The position numbers and the translations under genes are program-made. Shown in pieces: positions 37,995 to 49,204 of a stretch of DNA of 64,000 nt; the stretch's first letter is position 1, and each line of letters starts with the position of its first letter. The DNA comes from Amoebophrya sp. A120. Its lineage: Eukaryota; Protista; Dinoflagellata. Under the pieces are notes generated by a model that saw nothing but the letters and a program-made list of their open reading frames with translations, was not told the DNA's origin and did no database searches. The stretch lies in assembly GCA_905178155.1 (NCBI GenBank), contig CAJINV010000001.1, positions 7,547,506-7,611,505 on the forward strand. Direction: 5' to 3'.

Positions 37995-40251
37995 ATGTTT
38001 CGTGCGGGCCAAATTTTCGCTACCGCTTCGGCGGTTTTCGCCCAGGATGTCGCTACCACGACCACGGCGCCGGTCGCGGTAGTTTCCACCACCACTACGG
38101 TGGGGCCGATTGTGGTCGTGAGTACTACCACGGCCGCGCCGGTTGTGACCACGCAAGCCCCGGTAATCACCACCACGACCTCCTCCGCGGCCTCGACGGC
38201 TGCGGCCACTACCACCGCTAGCCCGCTGCTCACGACGACCTCCGCGGCCTCTACTACGGCCGCGGCCACCACCACCGCCAGCCCCGTGATCACGAAGCAA
38301 CCGTTCTTCTCTACCACCAAAGCGCCAGTGGTCGGCAACACTCCGTGCACCAAGGAGTGGATGCCGGTGTGTGCGAAGGAGGACCCGGCCGCGGAGCAGG
38401 GCAAAACGTTTCCGAACGCCTGCGTCGCGAAGAATTTCGGCTACGCGGACGCGCAGCTGACCGCGGGCAAGTGCGAACACGGCTGGTTCAAGCGGTGGGC
38501 GCGCCGTCTGCGCGAAACCATGAAGAAGCGCAAAGCCAAGCGGGGCGGAAAGAAGGGGGGTCGCAAGGGCGAGGATGGCGAAGGACAAGCGGAGCGAAAC
38601 AATGGTGAGAACAAGGAAAACAACAAGGGGAAACATGATCGCAAGGAGCGGGACCACATGAACCACGACGATGCTGTTGAACATCACAACGATGTTGCGC
38701 CGGCCCAAGCCAATCTGCCGGTGGAGCGCGAGAAGCAGCACGGTGGGAACAACGGGATGAACGCCGGAGGACCTCCTCGCGGGGGGGACAACGATGACTC
38801 GCTGATCGATGACATTGGGTCCTTCGCGGAGGACACGGTGGAGCTGATCGAGGAGGAGATCATCGGGAAGATTTTCGCCGCCAAACTCGCGCAGATGCCG
38901 GAAGACGCCTCGGTGGAGGAACGATTGCTGATGAAGATGCAGGTCCTGAAAACCACGGTCATGGACGAGAACAAGGAAGTGGCGGACTGGGACCCGGAGC
39001 AGTTGCTGGACAAGGAGATGCTGTTGTTCGACAAGAAGAACAGCACCGACCACCACGGCAAGCACGGCAAGGGTAAGGGCAAGGGAGGGAAAGGCAAGGG
39101 AGGCAAGGGAAAGGGCGGCAAGGGGAAGGGCGGCAAGGGAAAGGGCGGCAAGGGTCATCACCACGGGGGTAAGAACCACACCAAGCACGGTGATGACGAA
39201 GAGCACGAGCACGACCATTCGTTTGATCATGAAGAAGATCATTCTTCCCTGGACGACGTCGCGAAGCCGGAGTTGGAGAAGCCCGAGCCGGTGGCTGAGC
39301 AGGAGAAGGACGCCAGCACGCCTCTGCTGACCAAGCCCGAAGAATCCGTGGTGCTCGTGAAGGGCACGCGCCGCTTCCTGCAGAAAACGCCCACCGCCGT
39401 CGAAGACAAGACCGGCTACACTGCTGCGGACAAGGAAGCCTGGACCGGTGCTACGGACAAGTCGGCTTACACCTCCGGGGAGAAGGCAGCTTACACTGGA
39501 GAGAAAGCAGCTTACACCGGGGACAAATCGGCTTACACGTCTGGTGAAAAGTCTGCTTCAACCTCGGCCGTCGACAAGGCTGCGTACACCGGGGAGGAAA
39601 AGGACGCGACTTCTACCCGGTCGCGCGGAGGCAAGAAGGGCGGGGCCCAGGCCGAAGGCAAGCCCTCCGGTGAGAAGGGGCAGATGAAGCCGCCCAAGCC
39701 CACGGAACCGGGCATGATGAACGCTGCGTCTGTGAGCCAGGAAGAGGGCCTGGGCGCCTTCTCTGCGGACTTCACGCCAGAAGAGCAGCGCGTGATGGAA
39801 GACCAGGACGGGTGGATGTACGCCGCGCAACCGCGCGCGGGACCGACCAGCGACGCATCCTCAGCGTCGAACGCGGTGGGGCTGGTTCGCTGGGAAAACC
39901 TCCTGGTCGACCAGGAAGACGAACTGTATGATTTTTTTTACCTTTTCGATGTTTTTTCGTTTGTCATGCACAGTAGATGTGAGGATCGCCTGCTTAGATT
40001 TTTTTGCGTTTCGTTGGAGTTCTCGCCTCAGGAAGAACGACCCCGAAGTCGTTGAGTTGTTTGAACTGAACGGTTAACAAAAAAAAAACAGGTACACTGG
40101 TTCGCCTTTGCCGGAGTACGAAGTTTCGCGGGCAGCGGGTGCTGCGTACCAAACGGAGCTGGACGACGGACGCACTACGTCCTCGGCCGCTTCGCTCAAG
40201 GGACTGGGCCTGTTCGTAGCAGCGGTGTCCGGCGCAGTCATCTTGTTTTAA
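37995..40251 (+). CDS. Surface glycoprotein-like protein: signal peptide, Thr-rich mucin region, Kazal-like domain, GKGGK and AYT repeats, GPI-like C-terminus; intron 39926-40091
   Basis: CTKEWMPVC...KTFPNACVA...GKC; the last exon ends TSSAASLKGLGLFVAAVSGAVILF*. Confidence 0.82.
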
Positions 40252-40882
40252 GTGTTTCAGGGAACAAACGATGTAGGGTTTTTCGAAACCACCGATGTGA
40301 AAAGAAATTTTGAACTGTTTTTTTGTTGTTTAGTTTCGACAACGACCGCAGAATTCATTGTGAAAGTGTACACGACAGTTGCTTTTTAGTTGCTACGGCA
40401 TGATTGAAGGTCATACATTCTTTTTGTGATTGAAGGTCACGGGTCATGATTGAGGGTCATAACATTACGTGGAATTCCGGGAACATTTTAGTAGTTTTTT
40501 CGTTGTATTGTCCCTGAATAAGGGATAGAGTTTCTGAATTCATGACTGAACGTAAACGACAAGGATGTTAATAATATGCCTAGACTTTAGTTGTTTCTGC
40601 ACGTTCCAACGGACTGTAAGAAGAGCTACATTCATACGGATCTTCTCATGAATTCAAAATTTTGCACGATGCACAGAATACCTTCTTGTGCCTTTGACGT
40701 TTCAGGAACTTCATTGGAAGACGTACTTGCACGACTGCGAAGCCGTGGATAACAGTATTTCATACTAGCAAAGCCAGCTTCGCCTGGAAGTAGGCATCAG
40801 AAGAAACGCAAATGTCAGTTAGCATCATCGACATCTAGATAACAAATCAAAAAGAAAAAAGCGCCGGCCCCAAAACAAGGCC

Positions 40883-41437
40883 GCGGCGCGCCCAATGTGG
40901 TCGTCGCGGCTCCGGCGCGCCCAGATTGGTCGCTCCATTTCCGGCGCGCCCAGTCTGGTCGTCCCGGCTCCGGCGCGCCCAGAGTGGTCGCCCCAGCTCC
41001 GGCGCGCCCAGAGTGGTCGCCCCGGCTTCGGCGCGCCCAATCTCATCAACCCGGCGCCGAACGGCCGTTGGACAACTTCTGGCCGTCCGACGGCCGTCGG
41101 ACGACTCTGGGTTGTCCGACGGCCGCCGGACGACTTTCGGCCGTCGGACAACTTCTGGCCGTCCAACGGCCGTCGGACAACTTCTGGCCGTCCAACGGCC
41201 GTCGGACGACTTTTGGCCGTCCGACGGCCGTCGGACGACTTTTGGCTGTCCGACGGCCGTCGGACAATTTTTGGCCGTCGGACGACTTTTGGCTGTCCGA
41301 CGGTCGTCGGACGACTTTCGGCCGTCGGACAACTTCTGGCCGTCCGACGGCCGTCGGACGACTTTTGGCTGTCCGACGGCCGTCGGACAACTTTTGGCCG
41401 TCCGACGGCCGTCGGACGACTTTTGGCTGTCCGACGG
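40883..41437. repeat. GC-rich composite satellite: ~30-bp units with GGCGCGCC, then units built on the 18-bp palindrome GTCCGACGGCCGTCGGAC; runs into an assembly gap
   Basis: Direct reading of the tandem units; N run starts at 41438. Confidence 0.95.
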
Positions 41438-41727
41438 NNNNNNNNNNNNNNNNNNNNNNNNNNNNNNNNNNNNNNNNNNNNNNNNNNNNNNNNNNNNNNN
41501 NNNNNNNNNNNNNNNNNNNNNNNNNNNNNNNNNNNNNNNNNNNNNNNNNNNNNNNNNNNNNNNNNNNNNNNNNNNNNNNNNNNNNNNNNNNNNNNNNNNN
41601 NNNNNNNNNNNNNNNNNNNNNNNNNNNNNNNNNNNNNNNNNNNNNNNNNNNNNNNNNNNNNNNNNNNNNNNNNNNNNNNNNNNNNNNNNNNNNNNNNNNN
41701 NNNNNNNNNNNNNNNNNNNNNNNNNNN
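41438..41727. other. Assembly gap (290 N)
   Basis: Run of n. Confidence 1.
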
Positions 41728-41732
41728 GAAGT

Positions 41733-41836
41733 CGAAACTGAAACTCAAACTCTAACTTAATTCTCAAACTCAAACTCAATGTTGAAACTCAAACTCAATG
41801 TTGAGACTCAAACTCAATGTTGAAACTCAAACTCAA
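41733..41836. repeat. AAACTC-based tandem repeat (higher-order unit AAACTCAAACTCAATGTTG)
   Basis: Direct reading. Confidence 0.9.
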
Positions 41837-42742
41837 GCTGACATTTGCATTCTTTTCTGCCAAGGTAGTTAATATCTATACCATGATAAGATTAGAAAAC
41901 TAACCTCTGAGCGTCAAAATCAAAATTTCAACACGACATAAATTTATTCACGGGCCGTGCTGGTTGCGTGACCGTGACTGTGCCATGTGTTTTTGGACAT
42001 CCTTCTTGTAGTTCCTTTATTGGTATTCTTATTCATTGCTTTCGTCGACGCACAGTGGGCCGGGTCAGAGATTTTTGCCTCGTCGGTTTTTTTTTCGTTT
42101 TTGAGTGGTCGTGATCGAGAGCGAGGTCACCACACAAGCGCACCTGCGTGCGAAAGTGGAACGAGTCACATGTTTCGTTCGCGAGGTCTGAGTGGTGTCG
42201 TTTTTGAATATTTCGATAGCAAGAAAAAGTGTGACTGAAAGGGGAAAGAGGAAGAATGTCGTGCTGCACAAATTGCAAAAATGCTACTCCAGAAGTTGCA
42301 GCAAGTAGGAAGTCCTCTAGCCATAAGCAAAATTGTTGTCCTTCTGTCTCTTTTTCTCTCTCTTTCTCAACGAGTGGAGCTCTAGTTGCCTCGCATTGCA
42401 AACGAACAGGCAGAACTGTTTACGTCGTCTGTGTGGAGGAAACAAACCAAATGAAGCTAAATGAAAAACAACAGGAGCATTCGTGTAGAACTAAGACGAG
42501 CTTTCGTGTGGTATTCCCCAGACAAGCTCGCAGACTCCTCAAATTGCATTCATATCTTGGCTCCACATCCACAACATAATGATTTTGGCTGAAATGAACT
42601 GTACTAGGGGCTTTGTGAGAAGCGCGCATTAGGTTTTATGACAACTGCATTTGATGCGGTGCCTTTGCGTTCTAGTGTGAAAGCACCAAACAACTCACTT
42701 TGAATTTATTTATTGTCCGCAAGTCAAAAGGACGAATACGAA

Positions 42743-44782
42743 ATGACGAACATGCTACCCCTAGAGGATGCGTCGAACGTGCCAAAAATAGAATATGCTA
42801 GCGTCGAAATCGACCTGGAGTGCAGTATTTGTTACGGGAATCCCGTTTCACGAGGCCCGGAGGACGAAATGCCAAATCCCGTCTTGACAAGCTGCTGCCG
42901 TCAAACTTTTTGCGAGGAGTGCATCAGTTATTGGCGATCGAAACCAAATCCGCATGGAGAGAGCGCGAACACGTGTCCAACGTGCAGGGCCAGAGACTGG
43001 ACCTGGCATCCCAATCTTGATGTGAAGATGCATTGCAGCCTCTGTTTATCCACGTTCCTTCGAGCTGAAGCGGAGCACCATCTGAGAACTTGTCCGGCGG
43101 TTCGCGGCAAATGTGTTCATTTTGGACGGGGCTGCGACTGGGTGGGAACGCGTGATGAGTTTCTGTCGCATCAAGCGGGTTGCGCCTTTTCCGACGAGGG
43201 TGGCAAAGCGGCTGCGCGAAAGATCATCGAGGAGGACGCCGATCACACGAAGAAGATCAAGAAGTTGGAATCACTGTTGACGGGGTCCGATGTCGCAGCG
43301 GGGATAGTGGGCAACAAAAATCACTATCACTATTTTTCCCCGTTTCCGACAGTTTCGCCGGTTACTTTGTTTGGAGAAGCGAAAGCGCTTGACGTGTGTC
43401 TCTTGCCGGACGAAGCGGAGCGACTGGTGGAATTAGCCAGGAAGCAACGGCGCGACGAACCGAGTCCACCAGAAGTCCAGCGCGAACATAATCCGGCAGT
43501 GCTGCGCCAGCGTGTTATCGCCAATAGGCGAAAGCGCCGGGGTATTGCCGACTGCGCGCCGGTCGTTCCGGGTCTTTCGGGGAACCAGGCAAAAATGCGC
43601 GTCAGACGGCCTGCGCGGTCAGCTCTGAAGTGGGGCGCACCACCGGCGGAAGAGGAGCCTAGTTTTCCGTCGCATGTCCCTGTTTTTGATCGGGCAATGG
43701 TTTTGTTTTTGCGAACCTTACGGGACGGCCCAGGAAGAGTGATGTGGTTCCAGCGCTGGGAACTGCGACTGGTATGCGAGATAGTTGAGGCTTGTAGTAT
43801 TCCCCTGAAACACGAGCCAGTGCTTCTCGAACCTGCGTATTCGTCGCTCTTTTCGCAGGCCCTCTCGAATTTCGTCGTGAACGCGGCGGACTTTCCGGTC
43901 CGGCCCCCCAAGGTCCCATCGGTGGACACGAAATTGGTGAAGATGGTCTCGGCGTGCGAAGTTTACTGTTCGTGGTACCTGTTTGAACAGAATCTCGTGG
44001 CGCAGCTTTCGGCAAAATTAATCAACCGCAGCGTCGCGACACACTCTCCGGATCTTGAGGTAGAGACACTACCCAAGGTGATTCAGGAAGCAGCCGGACA
44101 CATTCGCGGAAAGGACAACGAAGTGCTACACGAACACCAAATGAAGACTCTTGACGACACATTTTTCACTGCAGCGCGGCTATTTCCAGTCCCCGCCTCT
44201 AACGAGAGCATCGTCTCCTTGATGCCCGATTCACTGCTGTTAGCAAACAATTTTTCCTGCAAGGAGACGAAGATTTCCTGTACCGACTCCTCCAGAGGAG
44301 TGAAACAACTGGCCGACGACCTTTCAACGCGCAGCCAAGAGTCGGACAATCGGGACGCTCTCCTAGAGATTGGTACAGAGCCGATGAAGGCTGCCCTGAT
44401 GAAGTACGCACTAGCACTTGGCGCGCGACGCGTGTTTCTGAAAATTTTTCCAGCCCAGTCCAGCACGAACGCCGTGACGGAGAGAACAATTTTTTTGCCC
44501 GATGCGCTCTTTCTGGTGCGGCTGCGGCACTACCTGTCGCCGGCTGCTTGCGGTTTCTGGCTAGATACCGGTGATGATGATGCAACGATCTGCTGCAAGA
44601 TGCAGACCGCCTTGGAAGACTCCCTCCCACAAATGGACTTTCGAGGAAAATGTGTGTATTTTACCGTGAATACGAACACTGACATCGAGCCGGTGTACCT
44701 CAACAACGTGAAAACCGCATTGGATATGTTAAGCCAAGCGAAAACAGCCAAGAGGGTGCGCGTTTCCTTGAGTGGTGTTTGA
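42743..44782 (+). CDS. RING finger plus TRAF/SIAH-type zinc-finger protein (putative E3 ligase), paralogue 1
   Basis: CSIC...CCRQTFCEEC...CPTCR; CSLC..HLRTCP..CVHFGRGCDW..H..C; intronless. Confidence 0.8.
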   Translation: MTNMLPLEDASNVPKIEYASVEIDLECSICYGNPVSRGPEDEMPNPVLTSCCRQTFCEECISYWRSKPNPHGESANTCPTCRARDWTWHPNLDVKMHCSLCLSTFLRAEAEHHLRTCPAVRGKCVHFGRGCDWVGTRDEFLSHQAGCAFSDEGGKAAARKIIEEDADHTKKIKKLESLLTGSDVAAGIVGNKNHYHYFSPFPTVSPVTLFGEAKALDVCLLPDEAERLVELARKQRRDEPSPPEVQREHNPAVLRQRVIANRRKRRGIADCAPVVPGLSGNQAKMRVRRPARSALKWGAPPAEEEPSFPSHVPVFDRAMVLFLRTLRDGPGRVMWFQRWELRLVCEIVEACSIPLKHEPVLLEPAYSSLFSQALSNFVVNAADFPVRPPKVPSVDTKLVKMVSACEVYCSWYLFEQNLVAQLSAKLINRSVATHSPDLEVETLPKVIQEAAGHIRGKDNEVLHEHQMKTLDDTFFTAARLFPVPASNESIVSLMPDSLLLANNFSCKETKISCTDSSRGVKQLADDLSTRSQESDNRDALLEIGTEPMKAALMKYALALGARRVFLKIFPAQSSTNAVTERTIFLPDALFLVRLRHYLSPAACGFWLDTGDDDATICCKMQTALEDSLPQMDFRGKCVYFTVNTNTDIEPVYLNNVKTALDMLSQAKTAKRVRVSLSGV

Positions 44783-45114
44783 TGAAAAGCGATTTCGTTT
44801 ATTGTATGTAGTTTACGATGTAGAAGTTTCGAGCTTTTTTGGCAGAGCCTTTAAACTCTCTAGGCAGTGCTTTCTTTACCTTTTCGCTTCGCCTATTTGT
44901 GTTGGTTTTGGAGTCGTAGACGAGTGCGTTTTTTCTCACTCGCTTGCAGTGCTATGCTTTCTTGCGTAAATGAAAGCGAGCGGAAAACGGAATGAACATA
45001 CGCAATCGCAAGTTGAAGCTTTATACCAGCGAATGAATATCGTGCGACTTCGACCTTGAGAACTGATTTCAACATGTACGAAGAACTTATTTTGATTTTT
45101 CAATTTTTTGATCT

Positions 45115-45198
45115 CTCCTGCAGATGTTCTTACCTTTAGGAGTACTTAATAGTATGCGAGAGGATTTTTCCCGCTCACCTTAAAGAGCGCACACGTCA
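45115..45198 (+). mobile_element. Short retroposon-like insertion, copy 1 (84 bp) with 16-bp TSD
   Basis: Flanked by TTCAATTTTTTGATCT at 45099-45114 and 45199-45214; body homologous to 57481-57586. Confidence 0.8.
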
Positions 45199-46231
45199 TT
45201 CAATTTTTTGATCTGCAGATCTCGGAGGTGACAGGTTGAGACACCGGTCACCATCTACTTACGCTCAGGAACATAGACCACAGTACGGTAAAAAGTTACT
45301 CGCTCGCCACAAGAAGAAGCGAGCACGCAATTGATTTTCCAATTTGAACTATTTTTGCTCACGATGTCGAACCAAATTTACTTAGAGGCGGAGGCGGAAT
45401 CAGGAAAGATTTGGGCCTGCCTCGCGTATAAATCATACATTTTTTTGTTCTTGAGAACTAAGAACTTTCTTTTCAACCTTTCCCAACGAATTCTCGTCCA
45501 GGTGTATGATCACATGGATGTGAAAATTAGATTTCACTGACGCTAATATCAAATTACAAACTAACTACATTGTTGAAGAAGAGTCAGTATCTTTGTATGT
45601 TGACCGTTGCCAGGTGCAGGTCGTTTTGTTGACGAATTAGCATCGGGCGAGGATTATTTTGATGGTGTAGTGCTTGTTGACGAAGTCGAAGGTCCACAAG
45701 AGGGCTTCAAAACAACGGAGCTTGCAGCTGTTTTTCGAAGTTTTTTGTCGCTCTCTGAGAAAAATCGAAAAGGAGTGAGTGACCAATCAAGTATCTAAGT
45801 ATTCATTGTTGATGGAGATGTTGTTTCTTTGCAGGAGGAGTGATGGACACCGACAATCACGACTACAGTGATCATTATCGAGATGCCTGGAAATTCCCAC
45901 GATTTCACGTTTTCTGGTGCTGAGGTTTTTTTTGGATGCCCTACGACTTCCTCGCTAGTACACACGGGCGTTTGTAAGTAATGATATTCAAGTAACTACA
46001 CAGTAACGCAATCTTCTATCATCGGTACGTACGCCCACGCCATCGTACACACACTTTCGCGGACCGTACTCCATCGTACACACACTTATGAAATGTCAGA
46101 AGTGCCGTCATGACTCTAGTCTATTAGCAAATTGCAAATCGTTCTGATGCTGCGCAAAAATATTACAGTTCCCCAGTTGAAAAATCCACGAGCCACCTCA
46201 ACATCGTATTCAATATTGTACGGCCCTTGCT

Positions 46232-46263
46232 GGGTTTAGGGTTTTCTTTGGGTTTAGGGTTTT
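46232..46263 (+). repeat. Short interstitial telomere-like motif (GGGTTTAGGGTTT twice)
   Basis: GGGTTTAGGGTTTTCTTTGGGTTTAGGGTTTT about 50 nt upstream of the ATG at 46311. Confidence 0.45.
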
Positions 46264-46310
46264 GCACGCAAGAAATCGCTAGAACCAAACAGATTGATAC
46301 TTACGAAATT

Positions 46311-48347
46311 ATGCCAGCTCCTGCGGAAAATCCTCCAGATTCGCCCGGAAAGGCGGTCGAGACGCCCGCACTGACTTTTGTGAGCGAAGTTCACAACGGC
46401 ATTAAGTGCGGAATTTGCCTCGATCATGTGATCGACGCCGCTGCGACGACGTGCTGCGGGCGGAGTTTTTGCCAGGCGTGTTTGGCGGATCTCGTTCAGC
46501 GGGCAACTCGGGATGATCCTGAAGCCACGGCCAAGTGTCCCTGGTGTCGTACGGGGGGCTTGAAATGGCACCCGAATCGAGAACTCCGCATACTCCTGGG
46601 GCAGGCGGTGGCGAAATGTGGTGGCTGCTCCGCTACTTTCAAACACGACGACCGCAAGGAGCATTTTGCGCACTGCCCGGCCGTCGTCGTAGAGTGTGAA
46701 CACAAGGGACGAGGCTGTAGTTGGCAAGGAAGACGCGAAGCAGCGCGAGCACACCTGCTAGAGACGTGCGAATTCACGGACCGCGCTGCGGCACAGAAGG
46801 CCGCGGAAATCGTGAAGACGGATTCGAGCCACGCGCAGAAGGTCGCCAAACTCGAAGCGTTGTTGCGGTGCAGGTCCTCGGCGGGTCCGAATTTTCCGAC
46901 GATTGCGCCGGTTAGCCTCTTTTTTGAGGCAAAGGCACTGCAGATCCTTCTTCTTCCAGAAGAAGCAGATCAGCTTGTGGCCCTGGCTGTGCGGAGCGAA
47001 CACGAGGAAAAGTCTACAACGGGGCGGGGCCTCGTCTGTAGTCGCAAGCGGGACGGGAGTGAAAACATCAAACGCCCACGGGGTGCTATTGCTACTGAAG
47101 AACCGAGAACAGGCTCTCTGGTCTCTGCCGGTGGTCGTGCCGCGTTCGACGCCACAGTATTTCCACGCAGTCGTGACGCCTTCGATCCCGAGATGTCCTT
47201 GCTCGACAAGGTTATGATTTTACTGCTGAAGCCCTTCCGAAGCATGTGCCCTCCTGCGTTCCTTGAGAAATGGGAGTTGGAGCCGGTCCGCAAGATTGCC
47301 GAAGCCTGTGGTTTGCTGCCGAAAGTCGCACAGATGAAGGATCTGTGCCGATCGCTGTATGCGCACGCATTGCGGTACTTTGTTGTCTCTCCCAGTAAAT
47401 TTCCCGTCGCGGCAAAGAACGTTCCGGTCGTCTGCGAGACACTGATCGCTCTGCAGGCGTCTTTCGAGAGCACCACGCAGCACCGAAATTTGCTACTGCA
47501 AGCTCTCGCAAGCCAATTTCCTCTTGTTGCACCGCAGGCAGATTTTTACAAGAAGAGCATCGTGGAATGTTTCTATGAGTTTCCCCAGGAAAACGAACCA
47601 GACGCCGAGCGCATGCGCACCCGGTCTGCAGCTCTGGAAAAGATGAGAATGATTCACCAGGCACTAGCCAATCCGGCTGCTCTGTTTCGGGATAAAAAGG
47701 ACCCGGCGGACACCGATGAGGACGTTGAAATCGACAGCAGACGAGCATCGACGCGCGAGGGCCGACGCGCCGGACCGACGACAGAACAGACGCCGATGCG
47801 ATGCAGACCGGACGGCGCCCCCGACTCACTCTCACTCTCACCCGCGCACGAGACGCCGGATCGACAGGACGGGCGCGAACAGCAGAACTTTGTGGCACGG
47901 GTAAGCTACACGATCGTGCAGTATATGCTCGCGAACGCTGCGCGGAAGGCGTTCTTAGTGTGCCCGCGTCGCGACGAGTTACCCGAACGCCACGGAGACG
48001 AATTGATATTCTCCGACATCCAATTTCTTCGACGCCTGTACGAAAGTTTACCGGAAGTACTGCGAGATAAAATTACAATTACCCCAGCGCGGCAGCAGGA
48101 TGGATTCGTAACCCTTGACTATGAATGCAACAAATTAAAGAGCTTCCTTACGACGAATGGCTTTTTGCCTTTGTCGTGTCGCGCGCTTTCCGTTCAGTTT
48201 TCCGGCAGGCGCCTGGCCTCGCTCAATGCTCAAGCATCGGACTGTGATCCAGGATTCATCGAAAGCACGCAACCACACACCTTCGATTCGCCCAAAATCT
48301 CTGCAGAGGATTTGCGTGCTAAGAAGCGGAAACTCAACAATGCTTGA
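46311..48347 (+). CDS. RING finger plus TRAF/SIAH-type zinc-finger protein, paralogue 2
   Basis: CGIC...CCGRSFCQAC...CPWCR; shares WHPN, FPT.xPVxLFxEAKAL..LLPxEA and WEL..V..I.EAC with paralogue 1. Confidence 0.8.
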   Translation: MPAPAENPPDSPGKAVETPALTFVSEVHNGIKCGICLDHVIDAAATTCCGRSFCQACLADLVQRATRDDPEATAKCPWCRTGGLKWHPNRELRILLGQAVAKCGGCSATFKHDDRKEHFAHCPAVVVECEHKGRGCSWQGRREAARAHLLETCEFTDRAAAQKAAEIVKTDSSHAQKVAKLEALLRCRSSAGPNFPTIAPVSLFFEAKALQILLLPEEADQLVALAVRSEHEEKSTTGRGLVCSRKRDGSENIKRPRGAIATEEPRTGSLVSAGGRAAFDATVFPRSRDAFDPEMSLLDKVMILLLKPFRSMCPPAFLEKWELEPVRKIAEACGLLPKVAQMKDLCRSLYAHALRYFVVSPSKFPVAAKNVPVVCETLIALQASFESTTQHRNLLLQALASQFPLVAPQADFYKKSIVECFYEFPQENEPDAERMRTRSAALEKMRMIHQALANPAALFRDKKDPADTDEDVEIDSRRASTREGRRAGPTTEQTPMRCRPDGAPDSLSLSPAHETPDRQDGREQQNFVARVSYTIVQYMLANAARKAFLVCPRRDELPERHGDELIFSDIQFLRRLYESLPEVLRDKITITPARQQDGFVTLDYECNKLKSFLTTNGFLPLSCRALSVQFSGRRLASLNAQASDCDPGFIESTQPHTFDSPKISAEDLRAKKRKLNNA

Positions 48348-49204
48348 TTGTCGACATTTGACGCAGACAAGTAACTGGGCTTGGTTACTCAATTTTGCTG
48401 AGCTTTTGGATAGTCTTTCGATCTCTATTCAGTTGATGAGCTATTTAACTACGATCTCCGGATTGGGTATTCATCTAATTTGCAAGACCATGACAACTAA
48501 ACTTAAATCATCACTCGCGGCTGGCAACGATGGACGTTGACCACGCATACGCAATCGCAATAGAAACGCTGAGCTTTCATTTTTGACGGAGCCTATTGAA
48601 ACACATCGGTGGGCGTCCATCAGCGTATATGCGCTGAAGCTACGATTTGAAATGCAGCTATTTACTTGAGCAAGAAAAACAAAAAGTAGAAAAGGAGGAA
48701 AGTACCTCCTAGCTTGACTCTGAGACACACTCATAGGAAGCGAGTTCATTTTCAACGAAAGAGAAAAAAGATGTACTCTGAGTGTCAAACAAGCAAGAAT
48801 GAGGAGCAATCTGTGTGTGAAGGAGGAAAATCCTGAGAGTGTGAGAGTTATGAGGATGCTTTTTAGATAAACGTTACTTTTCTAGGAGTGCCATTTTCGT
48901 TGGTTCGACTTGTTTTTGAGGATGACACAGCATCGATCTGGCCAATTTTATAGGTGAACTGTTTTTCGTGGCCGTATGTTTCATTGAATTCTATTCTCCA
49001 CCACCACGCACCTCTCAGTGCTTGACTCTAGGTTTGTACTTACCCATGTATCTCGTGTTGGTCCCACATTAATAAACGTTGTGGTTTTTGATTTTGACAC
49101 CGTGTCCGCTCGAAGTCTATTCGCCTCCCCATCTTTTACGTATTGCGGCCTATGAAGTCGTAATTTTCTCTGAGAAGTCTGCCAAGAGTCATTTTTTCTC
49201 CAAA

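Noticed and set aside
40883-41437. CRISPR-like array of palindromic repeats, and the long ORFs across it
   Set aside because: Units are contiguous or separated by near-constant linkers, with no unique spacers and no cas genes; the ORFs are artefacts of the repeat and the N gap
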